Positions 26,990-28,737 of a stretch of DNA of 28,737 bases are shown here, one piece after another. The stretch is from an uncultured virus (IMG/VR IMGVR_UViG_2643221865_000003) (taxonomy: Duplodnaviria; Heunggongvirae; Uroviricota; Caudoviricetes). Under the pieces are notes generated by a model, which was not told the DNA's origin, did no database searches, and saw only the letters and a program-made list of their open reading frames with translations. Every line of letters starts with the position of its first letter. Position 1 is the first letter of the stretch. The stretch lies in the IMG/VR virus record IMGVR_UViG_2643221865_000003; one strand, 5' to 3'. The translations under genes and the position numbers were made by a program.

Positions 26990-27073
26990 ATGGGCGAGCA
27001 GCACGAAACAGGCTGGTTCACATCGCGGGAGGAGCTCGAAGAGCACCGCCTGCTGGCTGAAGAAGAGGGCTAG
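26990..27073 (+). CDS. Putative 27-aa acidic micropeptide MGEQHETGWFTSREELEEHRLLAEEEG
   Basis: Strong AGGGAGG RBS 5 nt before the ATG; class B motif at 26935-26943; below the ORF-track cutoff. Confidence 0.45.
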   Translation: MGEQHETGWFTSREELEEHRLLAEEEG

Positions 27074-27148
27074 AGCAAAACGGCGGAGATCCGCACATGT
27101 AGCTCGTACACCCGTGCCTGCACGGACCCCCGCACCCTAAGGACACCC

Positions 27149-27673
27149 ATGACGTTCGTCATCTCCACCGAGATCGGCCCCGCACCGTTGCGCGAGGACG
27201 GCACCAAGTTCCCGTTCGCGTTCATCACCGACACCGAGACGGTGTACGCCGATTCGCTGACCAGCATCGTCGCCCGGTTCATCCCCGGCTACGAGGACCT
27301 GCCGGACAGCTACGACGGTGACGTCCAGTCGTTCATCCTCCGGGTCGAGGAGGCGGCGAAGGTCGCCAACCAGCTTCAGGCGATGATCGTGACCGCCGCG
27401 ATCGACGCAGGCGAGCTGGATGTCCGCAACGCCGACGAGGACACCCTCACGGCCCTGTACGGCATCCGTGGAGGAGCCTTCGCGCCGTTCACCGGCGAGT
27501 GGGAGCACTCGATCCCGCTGGTTCTGACGTCCTCCGACTACGAGCCGTACACGAAGACGCCGGTCCCGACCGGTGAGGTGGTCCTGATCGACCCGACCGA
27601 CGAGCGTCTGTTCCTCAGCTCGCTGGAGGACGCCGGCCTCGGCGAACTGTTCATGGACGCAACCGCAGCCTGA
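27149..27673 (+). CDS. Hypothetical acidic protein
   Basis: AAGGA RBS; class B motif at 27091-27100. Confidence 0.75.
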   Translation: MTFVISTEIGPAPLREDGTKFPFAFITDTETVYADSLTSIVARFIPGYEDLPDSYDGDVQSFILRVEEAAKVANQLQAMIVTAAIDAGELDVRNADEDTLTALYGIRGGAFAPFTGEWEHSIPLVLTSSDYEPYTKTPVPTGEVVLIDPTDERLFLSSLEDAGLGELFMDATAA

Positions 27674-27842
27674 GCCGGCTACCAACACCCTTTTCTCCGC
27701 CACCGCGGAGGTGATCCGGAGCCAACCACAGCCCTGGACGTTCTCCGCCGCACGCGGAGGTTTCGTGAGACGGCGGCGCTTCGGCGCCGCCGTTCCGCAC
27801 CCCTCGCCCTGACCATCCGGGCGACACACCGGCCGTCAAACA

Positions 27843-27854
27843 GCCGCACACCTA
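27843..27854 (+). promoter_or_regulatory. Class A motif GCCGCACACCTA upstream of nrdH
   Basis: 12-mer match; followed by a 67-nt leader with GGAAGGA RBS. Confidence 0.7.
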
Positions 27855-27921
27855 CGTCTCCACAACACGACAACCCACGGCGTCCGGAAGGGCGCTTTTC
27901 TCACCTCTGGAAGGACCCACC

Positions 27922-28158
27922 ATGACCGTCACCGTTTACACCAAGCCATCCTGCGTTCAGTGCACCGCCACGTACCGCGCCCTCGACAACAAGGGCGTCG
28001 AATACGAAGTCGTCGACGTCTCGATCGACGAGAACGCGCTCGAGACCATCAAGGCTCTCGGCTACCTGCAGGCCCCCGTCGTCATCACCGACGATGACCA
28101 CTGGTCCGGCTTCAACCCCATCAAGATCGGCGAGCTCGCAGCGAAGATCGCCGCGTAG
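27922..28158 (+). CDS. nrdH: Glutaredoxin-like protein NrdH
   Basis: VTVYTKPSCVQC, LGYLQAPVV and HWSGF are signature NrdH-redoxin motifs; 78 aa. Confidence 0.93.
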   Translation: MTVTVYTKPSCVQCTATYRALDNKGVEYEVVDVSIDENALETIKALGYLQAPVVITDDDHWSGFNPIKIGELAAKIAA

Positions 28159-28176
28159 CTCTCTCCTGTCTGACCT

Positions 28177-28204
28177 GAACGCCCCGGCTTCGGCTGGGGC
28201 GTTC
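28177..28204 (+). terminator. Terminator-like hairpin after nrdH
   Basis: GAACGCCCCGGC-TTCG-GCTGGGGCGTTC. Confidence 0.7.
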
Positions 28205-28214
28205 GTCGTTGCCG

Positions 28215-28226
28215 GCCACACACCTA
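28215..28226 (+). promoter_or_regulatory. Class A motif GCCACACACCTA, 7 nt before ATG 28234
   Basis: 12-mer match; the overlapping AGGAG lies only 3 nt from the ATG. Confidence 0.75.
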
Positions 28227-28233
28227 GGAGTGC

Positions 28234-28737
28234 ATGACCGACAACAACTTCGTCAAGCTCCCCAACGGCAAGCTGAACGGCTCCGAGCCGAAGCACCAGT
28301 CAGCCGCGGAGGGCCGTACCATCAGCGCAGCCCCAACCACCAAGTACGCCACGGAGATCCTGCCCGGAGACATCCTGGTCGGCCCGAACGGCACCCGAGC
28401 CACCGTCGACAACAGCGACGAGAGCTTCGTCTTCCATGGCTGCCGGGCGATCGAGACCGAGTTCGGGACGTTGTACATCGACGACGACCTCACCTTCGAG
28501 GTGGAGCCTGAAGGCGCCCCGGCCCTCACCTACCCGGAGCGTTCCACCTACACGAAGGCCGCAGAGGATTTCGAGGCGGGCGACGTGATCGTCGCACCGT
28601 CAGGCAACCTGCTCACCATCGACGACATCGAACGCAGCTCCGTCATGCCGGGATGCCTGGCCGTGGAGAACGAGTTCGGCACGCTGTACCTCGGAGAGGA
28701 AGTGGAGTTCGAAGTCCTCGACGAGTCCGCAGCTTGA
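28234..28737 (+). CDS. Hypothetical protein with KLPNGKLNGS tag and two tandem beta-rich ~60-aa repeats
   Basis: TKYATEILPGDILV..GCRAIETEFGTLY..FEV vs TKAAEDFEAGDVIV..GCLAVENEFGTLY..FEV. Confidence 0.75.
   Translation: MTDNNFVKLPNGKLNGSEPKHQSAAEGRTISAAPTTKYATEILPGDILVGPNGTRATVDNSDESFVFHGCRAIETEFGTLYIDDDLTFEVEPEGAPALTYPERSTYTKAAEDFEAGDVIVAPSGNLLTIDDIERSSVMPGCLAVENEFGTLYLGEEVEFEVLDESAA

Noticed and set aside
2755..28226. Repeated 12-mer as a CRISPR array or iterons
   Set aside because: Copies are hundreds to thousands of bases apart, separated by whole genes and tied to start codons; no cas or rep gene is visible.
28234..28737. Hint/intein domain suggested by A.E...GD.IV
   Set aside because: No N-terminal Cys/Ser block or terminal His-Asn; the pattern is a duplicated small beta domain.
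1..28737. Prophage, tRNA/rRNA or IS element
   Set aside because: No terminase, capsid, tail, integrase or transposase motifs and no RNA gene signatures were recognised; a phage origin for the wider element cannot be excluded from this window alone.

Overview
GC-rich actinobacterial-type DNA (Microbacteriaceae-like by gene content; inferred). It looks like part of a large plasmid or other mobile element: no core housekeeping operons, no recognisable phage structural genes and no RNA genes. Recognisable genes are a single-domain FtsK/SpoIIIE ATPase, a secreted cutinase-vWA-5xIg-repeat protein, two paralogous sortase-like membrane proteins, two paralogous Cys-His-Asp (papain-like) proteins, an inverted T7SS-like lipase/lipoprotein/small helical protein cassette, a DUF2510-type protein, a beta-helix protein, an M23 peptidase and nrdH. 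The most striking feature is not a gene. A 12-nt motif GCC(A/G)CACAC(C/T)TA occurs 10 times; in 7 cases it ends 6-7 nt before an ATG with no well-placed RBS. A related motif, (G/C)CACATG(T), precedes 11 other genes. Eleven mostly unrelated acidic proteins under the first motif share a short N-terminal xxxG-x-aromatic/aliphatic tag (NGDGTF, DANGQY, GTDGSF, KVGGQF, ADGKL...). Together these suggest an element-specific regulon of tagged cargo proteins. All family calls come from motif recognition by eye; no searches were run.
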